A DNA stretch of 64,000 nt, from positions 145 through 64,144 of the forward strand of contig JBDKGO010000001.1 of NCBI GenBank assembly GCA_039798125.1, in the 5' to 3' direction. The number at the start of each line of letters is the position of its first letter. Position 1 is the stretch's first letter. The DNA comes from Bacteroidota bacterium (GTDB taxonomy: Bacteria; Bacteroidota; Bacteroidia; Chitinophagales; Chitinophagaceae). This document shows positions 1 to 9,484 of this stretch, in pieces. Under the pieces are notes generated by a model that was not told the origin of the DNA, did no database searches, and saw only the letters and a list, made by a program, of their open reading frames with translations. The position numbers and the translations under genes were made by a program.

Positions 1-230
1 GTGTAAGCACCATTTGTTTTTTGATGACAATTTTGTGCTGCAACAAACATATGTTGTTTACTAGTCAACTTTTGAATTGCTAAAGGAATATAAATAGCAG
101 GAACAGCAAAAATGGCTGATTGATTTTCGGATAAATTAAAATCTGAGGCAACTAATTGGTCTAATAAGGTTTCAGCCTCATTTTGACTTAAATTCATTTT
201 CCAGTTTGCTGCAGCTATTTGTTTTCTCAT
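1..230 (-). CDS. tpiA: Triosephosphate isomerase, 5' part (runs off window start)
   Basis: Manual translation from ATG at 230: MRKQIAAANWKMNLSQNEAE, the TIM N-terminal (G/A)NWKMN motif; not in ORF track. Confidence 0.93.
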   Translation of the reverse strand, partial: MRKQIAAANWKMNLSQNEAETLLDQLVASDFNLSENQSAIFAVPAIYIPLAIQKLTSKQHMFVAAQNCHQKTNGAY

Positions 231-249
231 AATATTCATTTTCAAGGCA

Positions 250-257
250 CAAAGGTA
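250..257 (-). promoter_or_regulatory. Bacteroidota -7 promoter element TACCTTTG upstream of tpiA
   Basis: Exact TAnnTTTG match 19 nt before the ATG. Confidence 0.6.
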
Positions 258-271
258 ACTAAAAAATAGCG

Positions 272-1429
272 CTATTCCATATGAAACAAAGCAGTTAAGA
301 CCTCCTTTTCGGCATCAGAGATTTGAAATCCCTTCATTTTTTTCCAATTTTGGATGTCTTCAATTGCTTTTTCCAAAACATAGCCTTTTGTGATACCCCA
401 ACTAAAATTTGGAATCACTTTTGGTAACAGTCCATTTCCATAAATATTTGCAGAAGCACCTATATATGAACCTGTGTTGATACTAGATTGAATTGCAAAT
501 CGGGTATAATCTCCAACTAACATTCCCATTTTATTGCCAATAGTATCCCATGATTTTTGGTATTGATTCCAAAGTTGTATTGAACCTGCTGTATTTTTTA
601 CATTACTATTACAAGTCCCAGCACCAAGATTACACCATTGTCCAATGATACTATCCCCCAAATACCCTTCGTGCGCCTTATTGGAATAGCCCATTAGAAT
701 GCTATTTTTTATCTCTCCTCCTATCGTACAATAAGGGCCTACTGAGGTTGCACCATAAATACATGCATTCATTTTAACCACTGCTTTTTCTCCTAAAACA
801 AATGGGCCTCTTATGGCAGCACCTTCCATGAGCAATGCATTTTTCCCTATATAAATTGGGCCTTCGGTGGCATTTAAACTTACCCCAGTTAAAGAAGCGC
901 CTTCTGCTATAAAAATATTTTCAGGACAAATTAAACGATTGGATGCATCCACAACTATGGAAGTTTTGTTGGCAATCACTCGATTGAAATCTGATTGTAT
1001 AAGTATAGCTTGGATTTGTAATAAATGGGTTGCGTTTTTAATGAATTTCGCTGGAGTTGTTGTTTTTAAATTAGGGTCTCCCAATAAAATGTTGCCAATA
1101 CTTCTTTCGCAAGTATGTGATGCAATCCATTTACCTTCTTTGTCTAATAAACTTTCACCTTCTTTTAATTTTATAATCGTATTTATAATAGCATCATCTG
1201 GTAAACAAGTGGAATTAATATAAATAACGGGGTCTTCATTTTGTAAAAAAGGAGCATCATATAATCCCTGTAAATAAGGACTTGTAAAAACCTGGCATTC
1301 GGAATTTAATTGTACATCCCAACGTTCTTTTATGGAAAAAATACCCACCCTTATTTCTGTTAAACTTCTAGTCAAGCTAAAAGGGTAAAAATGTACCGAA
1401 TCAGGCAAGTCCACTAAGACAAATTCCAT
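272..1429 (-). CDS. GlmU-like putative sugar nucleotidyltransferase/acetyltransferase (Bacteroidota family)
   Basis: N-terminal PFSLTRS..EIRVGI..IKERW; hexapeptide-like C-terminal half with GGEIKNS, SNKAHEGYLGDSIIGQWCNLGAGT. Confidence 0.85.
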   Translation of the reverse strand: MEFVLVDLPDSVHFYPFSLTRSLTEIRVGIFSIKERWDVQLNSECQVFTSPYLQGLYDAPFLQNEDPVIYINSTCLPDDAIINTIIKLKEGESLLDKEGKWIASHTCERSIGNILLGDPNLKTTTPAKFIKNATHLLQIQAILIQSDFNRVIANKTSIVVDASNRLICPENIFIAEGASLTGVSLNATEGPIYIGKNALLMEGAAIRGPFVLGEKAVVKMNACIYGATSVGPYCTIGGEIKNSILMGYSNKAHEGYLGDSIIGQWCNLGAGTCNSNVKNTAGSIQLWNQYQKSWDTIGNKMGMLVGDYTRFAIQSSINTGSYIGASANIYGNGLLPKVIPNFSWGITKGYVLEKAIEDIQNWKKMKGFQISDAEKEVLTALFHME

Positions 1430-1508
1430 AAAAGAGGTTTTAGGGTCAAAAATACGTTAAAGTCAAAATCTTAATTGATAAGTTCCTAACGCATGTTAAT
1501 TTAATGCT

Positions 1509-1516
1509 TATTTTTG
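1509..1516 (+). promoter_or_regulatory. -7 promoter element TATTTTTG upstream of pruA (divergent partner TATTTTTG at 1447-1454 on minus)
   Basis: TAnnTTTG matches on both strands of a divergent intergenic region. Confidence 0.55.
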
Positions 1517-1534
1517 TGATCTAATCATTATAAT

Positions 1535-3166
1535 ATGCAACTAGGTTATTTTAATTATCCTTCTCCAGTAAACGAACCTGTTTTAAGTTATGCGCCAGGT
1601 TCTCCAGAAAGAAAAGCATTAAAAGAAGCATTGGCTTCCTTAAAGAAAAAGTCATTGGACATTCCAATGTATATCAATGGAAAAGCAGTTAAAACTGGGA
1701 AAACAAAATCAATTCATCCTCCTCATGAAACAAAACATGTACTTGGACATTTCCATATTGGAACAAAATTGCATGTAGAAAAAGCCATTGAGTCAGCGTT
1801 GAAAGTGCGTGAGAATTGGTCAAATATGACATGGGAAACCAGGGCTCATATCTTTTTAAAAGCAGCAGATTTATTGGCTACAAAATATAGGTTCGAAATG
1901 AATGCATCAACGATGTTAGGGCAAAGTAAAAATGCCTTTCAAGCTGAAATTGATGCTGCATGTGAATTAATCGATTTCTTAAGATTCAATGTGCATTTTT
2001 TAAGTCAAATCTATCAACAACAACCTATCTCTTCTCCAGGTATGCACAACAGAATGGAATGGAGAGGTTTAGAAGGATTTGTTTTGGCCATTACTCCATT
2101 TAATTTCACAGCCATTGGCGGTAATTTACCTGCATCTGCTGCCATGTGTGGCAATGTAGTAGTTTGGAAACCTGCTAATACACAGATCTATTCTGCACAA
2201 TTATTCATGCGTATTTTAAAAGAAGCTGGTTTACCAGATGGTGTAATCAACATGGTATATACAGATGGCCCAACTGTGGGGGATGTATGTTTCAAGCATC
2301 CAGATTTCGCAGGTGTGCATTTTACAGGATCTACTGGTGTATTCAACAATATGTGGAAGCAAATTGGAGAAAACATTTCAAACTATAAATCTTATCCAAG
2401 AATTGTAGGAGAAACTGGTGGAAAGGATTTCGTAATGGTGCATCCAAGTGCGGATGTGGATACAGTTGTGACCGCATTAGCAAGAGGCGCTTTCGAATAC
2501 CAAGGACAAAAATGTTCTGCAGCTTCTAGAGCTTATCTTCCAAGTAATATTGCAGCTGCTGTAAAAGCGAAATTGGTTAAAACAGTTCAAACCATGAAAA
2601 TGGGTACTGTAGAAGATTTTAGCAATTTTGTGAATGCAGTGATTGATGAGAAGTCATTTAATAATATCTCAAAATACATTGCAACAGTTAAGAAAGACAA
2701 ACAGGCTAAGATCTTAGTTGGCGGTAATGTTAATAAATCAAATGGCTGGTTCGTTGAGCCCACTGTGATAGAGACAAAAAATCCTAAATCACTTACTATG
2801 TGCGAAGAGATATTTGGGCCAGTTTTGACCATTTATACTTATCCTGCGACTCAATTCGAGAAAACATTAAAATTAGTGGATAGTACCTCTAAATATGCTT
2901 TAACTGGTTCAATAATTTCTCAAGATAGAGCTTCTATTGAATTGGCTACCAATGTATTACGTCATTCTGCTGGTAATTTTTATATTAACGACAAGCCGAC
3001 TGGAGCCGTGGTTGGACAACAACCATTTGGTGGTGCAAGGGGTTCTGGTACAAATGATAAAGCCGGAAGTGCTTTGAATTTATACCGTTGGTTAAGTGCA
3101 AGAACTATCAAAGAAACATTTAACCCTCCAACCGATTATAAGTATCCATTTTTAAACGAAGCATAA
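1535..3166 (+). CDS. pruA: L-glutamate gamma-semialdehyde (P5C) dehydrogenase
   Basis: ALDH motifs PFNFTAI, FTGST, ETGGKDF, YQGQKCSA, EEIFGP, QQPFGG..SGTNDKAG. Confidence 0.95.
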   Translation: MQLGYFNYPSPVNEPVLSYAPGSPERKALKEALASLKKKSLDIPMYINGKAVKTGKTKSIHPPHETKHVLGHFHIGTKLHVEKAIESALKVRENWSNMTWETRAHIFLKAADLLATKYRFEMNASTMLGQSKNAFQAEIDAACELIDFLRFNVHFLSQIYQQQPISSPGMHNRMEWRGLEGFVLAITPFNFTAIGGNLPASAAMCGNVVVWKPANTQIYSAQLFMRILKEAGLPDGVINMVYTDGPTVGDVCFKHPDFAGVHFTGSTGVFNNMWKQIGENISNYKSYPRIVGETGGKDFVMVHPSADVDTVVTALARGAFEYQGQKCSAASRAYLPSNIAAAVKAKLVKTVQTMKMGTVEDFSNFVNAVIDEKSFNNISKYIATVKKDKQAKILVGGNVNKSNGWFVEPTVIETKNPKSLTMCEEIFGPVLTIYTYPATQFEKTLKLVDSTSKYALTGSIISQDRASIELATNVLRHSAGNFYINDKPTGAVVGQQPFGGARGSGTNDKAGSALNLYRWLSARTIKETFNPPTDYKYPFLNEA

Positions 3167-3190
3167 GGCCAAATTATAGTCTTAAAATAC

Positions 3191-3198
3191 TATATTTG
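3191..3198 (+). promoter_or_regulatory. -7 promoter element TATATTTG upstream of pdhA
   Basis: Exact TAnnTTTG match 20 nt before GTG start. Confidence 0.6.
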
Positions 3199-3218
3199 CT
3201 ACTCAAAAATCAAGGACT

Positions 3219-4214
3219 GTGGCGCAAAAATTTTCTAAAGAAACCTATCTATACTGGTACGAATTGATGCAATTAATCCGTCAATTCGAATCCAAATCAG
3301 AGGAAATGTATAAAATGGCGGGTAAAATCCGCGGATTCTTTCACGTTTACAATGGTCAGGAAGCAATTGCTGCAGGTTGTATGACAGCAACGAATCATGA
3401 AGATCCCTTTATTACTGGATACCGTGACCACGGTTTAGCTTTAGCAAAAGGCATGAGTCCGAATGCTGCCATGGCCGAATTGTATGGTAAAGCTACTGGT
3501 TGTTCAAAAGGAAAAGGTGGTAGTATGCACTTATTTGATAAGGCTAACTACTTCTTTGGTGGACATGGGATTGTAGGTGCTCAAATTGGCACAGGTGCTG
3601 GTTTAGCTTTTGCAGAACAATATCGTGGATCTAAAAATGTGGTATTGTGTTTTTTTGGAGATGGTGCTGCAAGACAAGGTATGTTACACGAAGTTTTTAA
3701 CCTTGCGATGTTGTGGAAATTGCCTGTTGTATTTATTTGTGAAAACAATAACTATGCAATGGGTACTTCTATTGAAAGAACAAGTAATGTCATCGATATC
3801 TATAAATTAGCGGACGCATATGAAATGCCTTCTGATAAATTAGATGGTATGACTCCAGAAATAGTACACGAAGGTGTAGCTAGAGCTGTGAAGAGAGCTA
3901 GAGATGGAGAAGGCCCTACGCTTTTGGAAATGAAAACCTATCGTTATAGAGGACACTCTGTATCTGATCCTCAAAAGTATAGATCCAAGGACGAGGTAGA
4001 AGAATACAAGGATCAAGATCCAATCATTAAAGTTAGAAAGACCATTTTAGAAAATAATTTTGCTACTGAAGCTGCATTACAAGAGATTGATGAAAAAATC
4101 AATGGCATTGTAGAAGCTTCTGTAAAATTTGCTGAGGATAGTCCTTGGCCAGATGATAGCGAAGTATTGAAGGATGTGTATATTGATCAAAATTATCCAT
4201 TTATTGTAGACTAA
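3219..4214 (+). CDS. pdhA: Pyruvate dehydrogenase E1 alpha subunit
   Basis: IRGFFH, YRDHG, GKGGSMH, TPP-binding GDGA...NN, YRYRGHSVSDPQKYR. Confidence 0.96.
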   Translation: MAQKFSKETYLYWYELMQLIRQFESKSEEMYKMAGKIRGFFHVYNGQEAIAAGCMTATNHEDPFITGYRDHGLALAKGMSPNAAMAELYGKATGCSKGKGGSMHLFDKANYFFGGHGIVGAQIGTGAGLAFAEQYRGSKNVVLCFFGDGAARQGMLHEVFNLAMLWKLPVVFICENNNYAMGTSIERTSNVIDIYKLADAYEMPSDKLDGMTPEIVHEGVARAVKRARDGEGPTLLEMKTYRYRGHSVSDPQKYRSKDEVEEYKDQDPIIKVRKTILENNFATEAALQEIDEKINGIVEASVKFAEDSPWPDDSEVLKDVYIDQNYPFIVD

Positions 4215-4232
4215 TTATTTTAACCAAATCAT

Positions 4233-4883
4233 ATGAGCGAATTACAAGAAGAACAAGCACCAGTATCTATTACAAAAAAGAACCAACAACTAATTGTTTA
4301 TATTTTAGTAGGTGGATTGATTGCCGCTGCAGGCATTTTTGGTTACGGTGAATTATACCAAAAACCATTAGAAACAAAAGCTGCTGATGCAATGTATGTT
4401 GCAGAAAAATATTTTGCGAATGATTCATCAGAATTCGTTTTAAATGGTGATGGCACTAACAAAGGTGTATTGTACATTATCAAAGAATTTAGTGGGACAA
4501 AAGCGGCTAATCTGGCAAAGTATTATGCTGGTATGAGTTATTATAGATTGAAAGACTACAATAAAGCAATTGAATATTTGAAAGATTTTTCAACCAATGC
4601 AAAGCAAGTACAAGCAGTTGCTTATGGTTCTATTGGTGATGCCTATTCTGAATTAAAGAAGAACGACGAAGCAATAGAATACTATAAAAAAGCTGGTACA
4701 CATTTTCCTGAAGATGAAGCAATTTCATCTGAATATTTATTCCGTGCAGCTTCTTTCTTAGAATTAAATGGTAAAAATGATGCAGCTTTAGAAATCTACA
4801 AGCAAATCAAGAAAGATTATCCAAAATCTGAGAAAGGTTTTAGCATTGATAAATATATCAACAGACTTCAAGTTCAGCCTTAA
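4233..4883 (+). CDS. Membrane-anchored TPR protein (YfgM-like)
   Basis: Single N-terminal TM helix followed by TPR-like helices (AKYYAGMSYY, AYGSIGDAY, YKQIKKDYP). Confidence 0.8.
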   Translation: MSELQEEQAPVSITKKNQQLIVYILVGGLIAAAGIFGYGELYQKPLETKAADAMYVAEKYFANDSSEFVLNGDGTNKGVLYIIKEFSGTKAANLAKYYAGMSYYRLKDYNKAIEYLKDFSTNAKQVQAVAYGSIGDAYSELKKNDEAIEYYKKAGTHFPEDEAISSEYLFRAASFLELNGKNDAALEIYKQIKKDYPKSEKGFSIDKYINRLQVQP

Positions 4884-4903
4884 TTTGGTTGCTAAAAATA
4901 TTT

Positions 4904-4935
4904 AAAAGGCATTCTTAAAGAAAGGATGCCTTTTT
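4904..4935 (+). terminator. Intrinsic terminator after pdhA-TPR
   Basis: AAAAGGCATTC-loop-GGATGCCTTTTT stem-loop with U tract. Confidence 0.8.
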
Positions 4936-4967
4936 AATTTATTGGAAAGAAATCCTTAATTTAGACC

Positions 4968-5687
4968 ATGCAAGTTCAACTCTTTATACCCTGTTTTATA
5001 GATCAATTGTACCCTCAGGTTGCATTTAATACTGTAAAAATATTAGAGAAAGCTGGATGTACAGTAAAGTATAATACACAACAAACTTGTTGTGGTCAGC
5101 CAGCTTTTAATGCTGGATTTTGGGGCGAGTCAAAAGATGTTTGTACAAAATTTGTACAAGATTTTGATGGTGCAGATTATATAGTAAGTCCTAGTGCAAG
5201 TTGTGCAGGATTTGTAAGAAATAATTATGGTAAACTTTTTGAGAACAATGCTTTTCAAAGTCCTGCAAAAAAAGTGTCCGCACAAATTTTTGAATTATCT
5301 GAATTCTTAGTCAAAATTTTAGGTATTACAGATTTAGGAGCTAGTTTCAATGGAAAAGCAACCTACCATGATAGTTGTGCGGGTCTTAGAGAATGTCATA
5401 TTAAAGCAGAACCTAGAGCCTTATTGAGTCAAGTAAACGGACTTGAACTTGTCGAAATGAATGACAACGAAACATGTTGTGGTTTTGGTGGAAGTTTTGC
5501 AGTTAAATATGATACCATCAGTGTGGCTATGGCGGATCAAAAAATTGATAATGCTGTTGCTACTGAGGCTGAATATATAATAAGTACAGATATGAGCTGC
5601 TTGATGCATATTGATGGGCGTATCAATCACCATGGACAAAAAATCAAAGTCATTCATTTGGCAGATATCCTTTCAAGCGGTTATTAA
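4968..5687 (+). CDS. CCG-domain (Fe-S)-binding protein, LutA/YkgE-like
   Basis: QTCCGQPAFNAG, YHDSC, TCCGFGGSF, DMSCLMHI. Confidence 0.88.
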   Translation: MQVQLFIPCFIDQLYPQVAFNTVKILEKAGCTVKYNTQQTCCGQPAFNAGFWGESKDVCTKFVQDFDGADYIVSPSASCAGFVRNNYGKLFENNAFQSPAKKVSAQIFELSEFLVKILGITDLGASFNGKATYHDSCAGLRECHIKAEPRALLSQVNGLELVEMNDNETCCGFGGSFAVKYDTISVAMADQKIDNAVATEAEYIISTDMSCLMHIDGRINHHGQKIKVIHLADILSSGY

Positions 5688-5764
5688 TTTTAGGGTGTTA
5701 TAAGCATAGCCCTACTCAACATTTTTTATTGTCAGTTGTTATAAGAATAAATAATATCTTTTTT

Positions 5765-6175
5765 ATGGCTTATTGGTTAATCAAATCTGAACCTTTTAAA
5801 TATTCTTGGGATCAATTCAATAAAGACAAACGTACTTTTTGGGATGGTGTAAGAAATTATGGTGCAAGAAATAATTTAAGATCCATGAAAAAAGGAGATC
5901 TTGCATTTTGGTACCATAGCAACGAAGGGATGGAAATTGTGGGTATAGCAAAAGTGGTCAAGGAAGCCTACCAAGACCCAACCACAGATGAGACAGCATG
6001 GCTGGCAGTCGATTTCGCACCCCATAAAAAACTCAAACATCCAGTGACGTTATCAGATATAAAAGCCAATACCAATTTAAAAGATATGGCTTTGGTAAGA
6101 TTGGGAAGACTTTCCGTTCAGCCAGTGACTGATGTAGAATGGGAAGAAGTGATGAAAATGAGCCAAGGTAAATAA
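5765..6175 (+). CDS. EVE domain protein
   Basis: YWLIKSEP, WDGVRNY.ARN.L..MKKGD, RLSVQPV; start moved to ATG 5765. Confidence 0.92.
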   Translation: MAYWLIKSEPFKYSWDQFNKDKRTFWDGVRNYGARNNLRSMKKGDLAFWYHSNEGMEIVGIAKVVKEAYQDPTTDETAWLAVDFAPHKKLKHPVTLSDIKANTNLKDMALVRLGRLSVQPVTDVEWEEVMKMSQGK

Positions 6176-6204
6176 TAGCAAAAAATCATTTGTTGATTTA
6201 TTGT

Positions 6205-7437
6205 TTAGTGAAAAAAGGAATAGCCAATAAATATGGCAATCACTACCCCTATTAAATCAGCAAATAAACCTGCCCAAACTGCATACCTTACTTTTTTAAT
6301 GCCAACACTTCCAAAATACAAGGCAATTATATAAAAAGTGGTATCTGCAGAACCTTGAAATATAGAAGCCAATTTACCTACAAATGAATCTGGCCCTTGT
6401 GTTTGAAATATATCAAGCATCATCCCCCTTGCCCCACTTCCACTTAAAGGTTTCATGATGGCAACTGGCAAAGCCCCAACAAAATCTGTATTCATTCCAG
6501 TAAGTTGTATTAAATAACTTATTCCATTCAATACATAGATCATTGCACCGCTATCTCTAAACACACGAATCGCCACCAACATAGCAACTAAATAAGGAAT
6601 GATCTTCACAATCACATCAAATCCGTTTTTAGCACCTTCAATAAATGCATCAAAAACTGAAACCTTTTTATAGGCACCTCCCAGTATGATAGCGACCACG
6701 ATCCCAATTAAAATACTTGAGCCTGCAATTTTTGAAAATAATTCTTTTTGAATAGGTGTAAGACTATTGACAATAAATAAAACAGTCCCCATAAAAAACA
6801 CTAATCCAAATAACCAACTGATCAATACCCTATCCCATTTTAATTTCTGGTAAACACCCACAACAATAATCGATGCCAATGTAGTTCCGATTGTAGCTAA
6901 AACACATGGAATAAAGATACTTGCAGCATCTAGAGAACCTGCCGCTAAACGATAGGATATGATCGTTAAAGGTATAATTGTCAATCCACTCGTATGCAAC
7001 ACTAAAAACATGATTTGTGCATTGGTTGCCTTTTCTTTCTCTGGATTTAAACTTTGTAAACTTTCCATTGCTTTCAAACCAAAAGGTGTAGCGGCATTGT
7101 CTAAACCTAACATATTGGCACTAAAATTCATGACCATCTGTCCCATGGCAGGATGATTCTGTGGTACTTCTGGGAATAAACGACTTAAAAATGGGTTCAT
7201 CCATTTGGCTAATTTTTGAATGGCACCTGCTTTTTCAGCGATATTCATCAGTCCTAAAAAGAAAACCATTGTTCCGGCCAAAGGAAAAGCAACGTCAATC
7301 ACCGAAGATTTAGCTGAGTCAAATAAGCCATCTGCTAAAAGCTTAAAAATGGCTGTATCCCCTAAAAAGATCAATTTAAAGAGTGCCACAACAAAAGCAA
7401 TTACAAAAAAAGCCATCCAGATGATATTCAATGCCAT
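6205..7437 (-). CDS. SpmA/SpmB fused nucleoside-recognition (Gate) membrane protein
   Basis: ANMLGLDNAATPFGLKAM, KPLSGSGA, GSADTTFY..LYFGSV. Confidence 0.9.
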   Translation of the reverse strand: MALNIIWMAFFVIAFVVALFKLIFLGDTAIFKLLADGLFDSAKSSVIDVAFPLAGTMVFFLGLMNIAEKAGAIQKLAKWMNPFLSRLFPEVPQNHPAMGQMVMNFSANMLGLDNAATPFGLKAMESLQSLNPEKEKATNAQIMFLVLHTSGLTIIPLTIISYRLAAGSLDAASIFIPCVLATIGTTLASIIVVGVYQKLKWDRVLISWLFGLVFFMGTVLFIVNSLTPIQKELFSKIAGSSILIGIVVAIILGGAYKKVSVFDAFIEGAKNGFDVIVKIIPYLVAMLVAIRVFRDSGAMIYVLNGISYLIQLTGMNTDFVGALPVAIMKPLSGSGARGMMLDIFQTQGPDSFVGKLASIFQGSADTTFYIIALYFGSVGIKKVRYAVWAGLFADLIGVVIAIFIGYSFFH

Positions 7438-7485
7438 ATCTAATTGTTTATGGTACTAATATAGCCCATTTTGCGATTAGAATTG

Positions 7486-7493
7486 TATTTTTG
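7486..7493 (+). promoter_or_regulatory. -7 promoter element TATTTTTG upstream of ychF
   Basis: Exact TAnnTTTG match 23 nt before ATG. Confidence 0.6.
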
Positions 7494-7516
7494 CAACCTT
7501 AACAATCTAAAATAAC

Positions 7517-8614
7517 ATGGCTTTACAGGCAGGCATTGTGGGTTTACCTAACGTTGGCAAATCAACTTTATTTAACGCAGTTAGTAATAGTGCAAAAGCA
7601 CAAGCAAGTAATTATCGTTTTTGTACCATCGAACCAAATGTGGGTCTAGTAGATGTACCCGATGCACGAATCGGTCAATTGGCAGCATTGATTAATCCAA
7701 CAAGAGTCGTTCCCACACAATTAGAAATCGTGGATATTGCGGGGTTGGTTAAAGGTGCTAGCAAAGGTGAAGGATTGGGTAATAAATTCCTTGCCAATAT
7801 TAGAGAAGTGAGTGCCATTATTCATGTGATTCGTTGTTTTGAAGATGAAAATGTATTAAGAGAAGAAGGTAAAATCAATCCAATTGGGGACAAAGATATT
7901 ATTGAAACAGAATTGCAATTAAAGGATTTAGATAGTGTAGAAAAGAAGATGCAACGTTCGGAGAAAATGGCAAAAACTGATCCTAAGGCAAAAGTGGAAT
8001 TAGAAGTGTTACAAAAGTGTAAAGCGCATTTAGAAGACGGAAAAAGTATTCGTTCATTGGATTTATCAAAGGAAGACCTTACAGCTATAGCAGATATATT
8101 TTTATTGACTGCAAAGCCTGTGATGTATGTAGCCAATGTGGATGAGGCTTCAATGCATACCGGAAATGCCTATTCTGAACAACTGGTTGCTATGGCAAAA
8201 CAAGAAGGTGCCGAAGTGATAGTCATGTGTAATAATATTGAAGCACAAATTTCTGAAATGGAAGACCCAGATGATAAGGCTTTATTCATGGAAGAATACC
8301 AAATGAAAGAGCCAGCATTAAATAGATTAATACAAACCGCTTATAAGCTATTGAAATTAGAAACTTATTTCACAGCGGGTGTACAAGAAGTGCGCGCTTG
8401 GACAATCGGTTCTGGTTGGAAAGCACCTCAGGCTGCAAGCGTGATACATACAGATTTCGAAAAAGGATTTATAAAAGCCGAAGTGATTGCATTTGATGAT
8501 TATATTAAATTCAAAAGTGAAGCTGCTTGCCGTGACAATGGTAAATTAAGAATTGAAGGAAAAGAATACATTGTAAAAGATGGAGATGTAATGCATTTTA
8601 GATTTAATGTTTAA
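7517..8614 (+). CDS. ychF: Ribosome-binding ATPase YchF
   Basis: GIVGLPNVGKSTLFNA, FCTIEPN, DIAGLVKGAS.GEGLGN.FL, EGKEYIVKDGD. Confidence 0.97.
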   Translation: MALQAGIVGLPNVGKSTLFNAVSNSAKAQASNYRFCTIEPNVGLVDVPDARIGQLAALINPTRVVPTQLEIVDIAGLVKGASKGEGLGNKFLANIREVSAIIHVIRCFEDENVLREEGKINPIGDKDIIETELQLKDLDSVEKKMQRSEKMAKTDPKAKVELEVLQKCKAHLEDGKSIRSLDLSKEDLTAIADIFLLTAKPVMYVANVDEASMHTGNAYSEQLVAMAKQEGAEVIVMCNNIEAQISEMEDPDDKALFMEEYQMKEPALNRLIQTAYKLLKLETYFTAGVQEVRAWTIGSGWKAPQAASVIHTDFEKGFIKAEVIAFDDYIKFKSEAACRDNGKLRIEGKEYIVKDGDVMHFRFNV

Positions 8615-8620
8615 TTAGGC

Positions 8621-9445
8621 ATGAAAAAGTATCTAGCAGTATATCTATGTTTATTTGTAATTGCCTGTAATAATACAAATAATGCTGACACGAATTCTGA
8701 CAGCAAGGATGCTGCTGAAAATACTGCTATTGCGCCACCTATTGCTTTAAACTACACAATACAAAAAGTGTATAAACATGATACATCTGCCTATACACAA
8801 GGTTTAGAATGGCATAATAATAAACTGATTGAGGGCACCGGATTAAGAGGAAAAAGTGTGTTATATCAAATGGATGACCAATTAAGTCCTTTTGGAAAGC
8901 AGGTCAATTTAGAGCCCTCCTATTTTGGCGAAGGAATTACAGTATTTGATGGTAAGATATATCAACTAACCTGGGAAGAGCATACTGTGTTTGTTTATGA
9001 CGCAAAGACTTTCAAAAAAATCAATACACTTAATTGGCCTTATGAAGGTTGGGGATTGACACATAATGATACATCATTAATTGTCTCTACCGGAAGTAGT
9101 AATCTATATTTTGTAAATCCTAAAGACTTTTCTATTCAAAAGACTTTGGGTGTATACAATGAGTATGGCTACCAAAATATGCTCAATGAATTGGAATATG
9201 TGGATGGTAAGGTCTTTGCTAATATATATGGACAAAACGATATTGTTGTAATTGATGCAAATACTGGTAGAATTACGAATAAAATAGATTGTAGCAATTT
9301 ACTTGCACAAGCAAAAGTGACATATAACCCCTTAACGATTGATCCTGGGTTCGTACTAAATGGAATTGCCTATAAAAAAACCACTAACACTTATTTTTTA
9401 ACTGGTAAATGTTGGCCAGTGATTGTGGAAGTTAAAATAAACTAA
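8621..9445 (+). CDS. Glutaminyl-peptide cyclotransferase (beta-propeller type), lipoprotein
   Basis: Lipobox VIAC; YTQGL, FGEG, QLTW, EGWGLT, LNELE, VLNGIAY, TGK.WP. Confidence 0.9.
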   Translation: MKKYLAVYLCLFVIACNNTNNADTNSDSKDAAENTAIAPPIALNYTIQKVYKHDTSAYTQGLEWHNNKLIEGTGLRGKSVLYQMDDQLSPFGKQVNLEPSYFGEGITVFDGKIYQLTWEEHTVFVYDAKTFKKINTLNWPYEGWGLTHNDTSLIVSTGSSNLYFVNPKDFSIQKTLGVYNEYGYQNMLNELEYVDGKVFANIYGQNDIVVIDANTGRITNKIDCSNLLAQAKVTYNPLTIDPGFVLNGIAYKKTTNTYFLTGKCWPVIVEVKIN

Positions 9446-9484
9446 GTACGTTATTAACTATAAAAGTATACTTGCTTAAAAGCG

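Noticed and set aside
5765-6175. EVE protein as part of a modification-dependent defence system
   Set aside because: Stand-alone EVE with no neighbouring nuclease or toxin gene; the common housekeeping context
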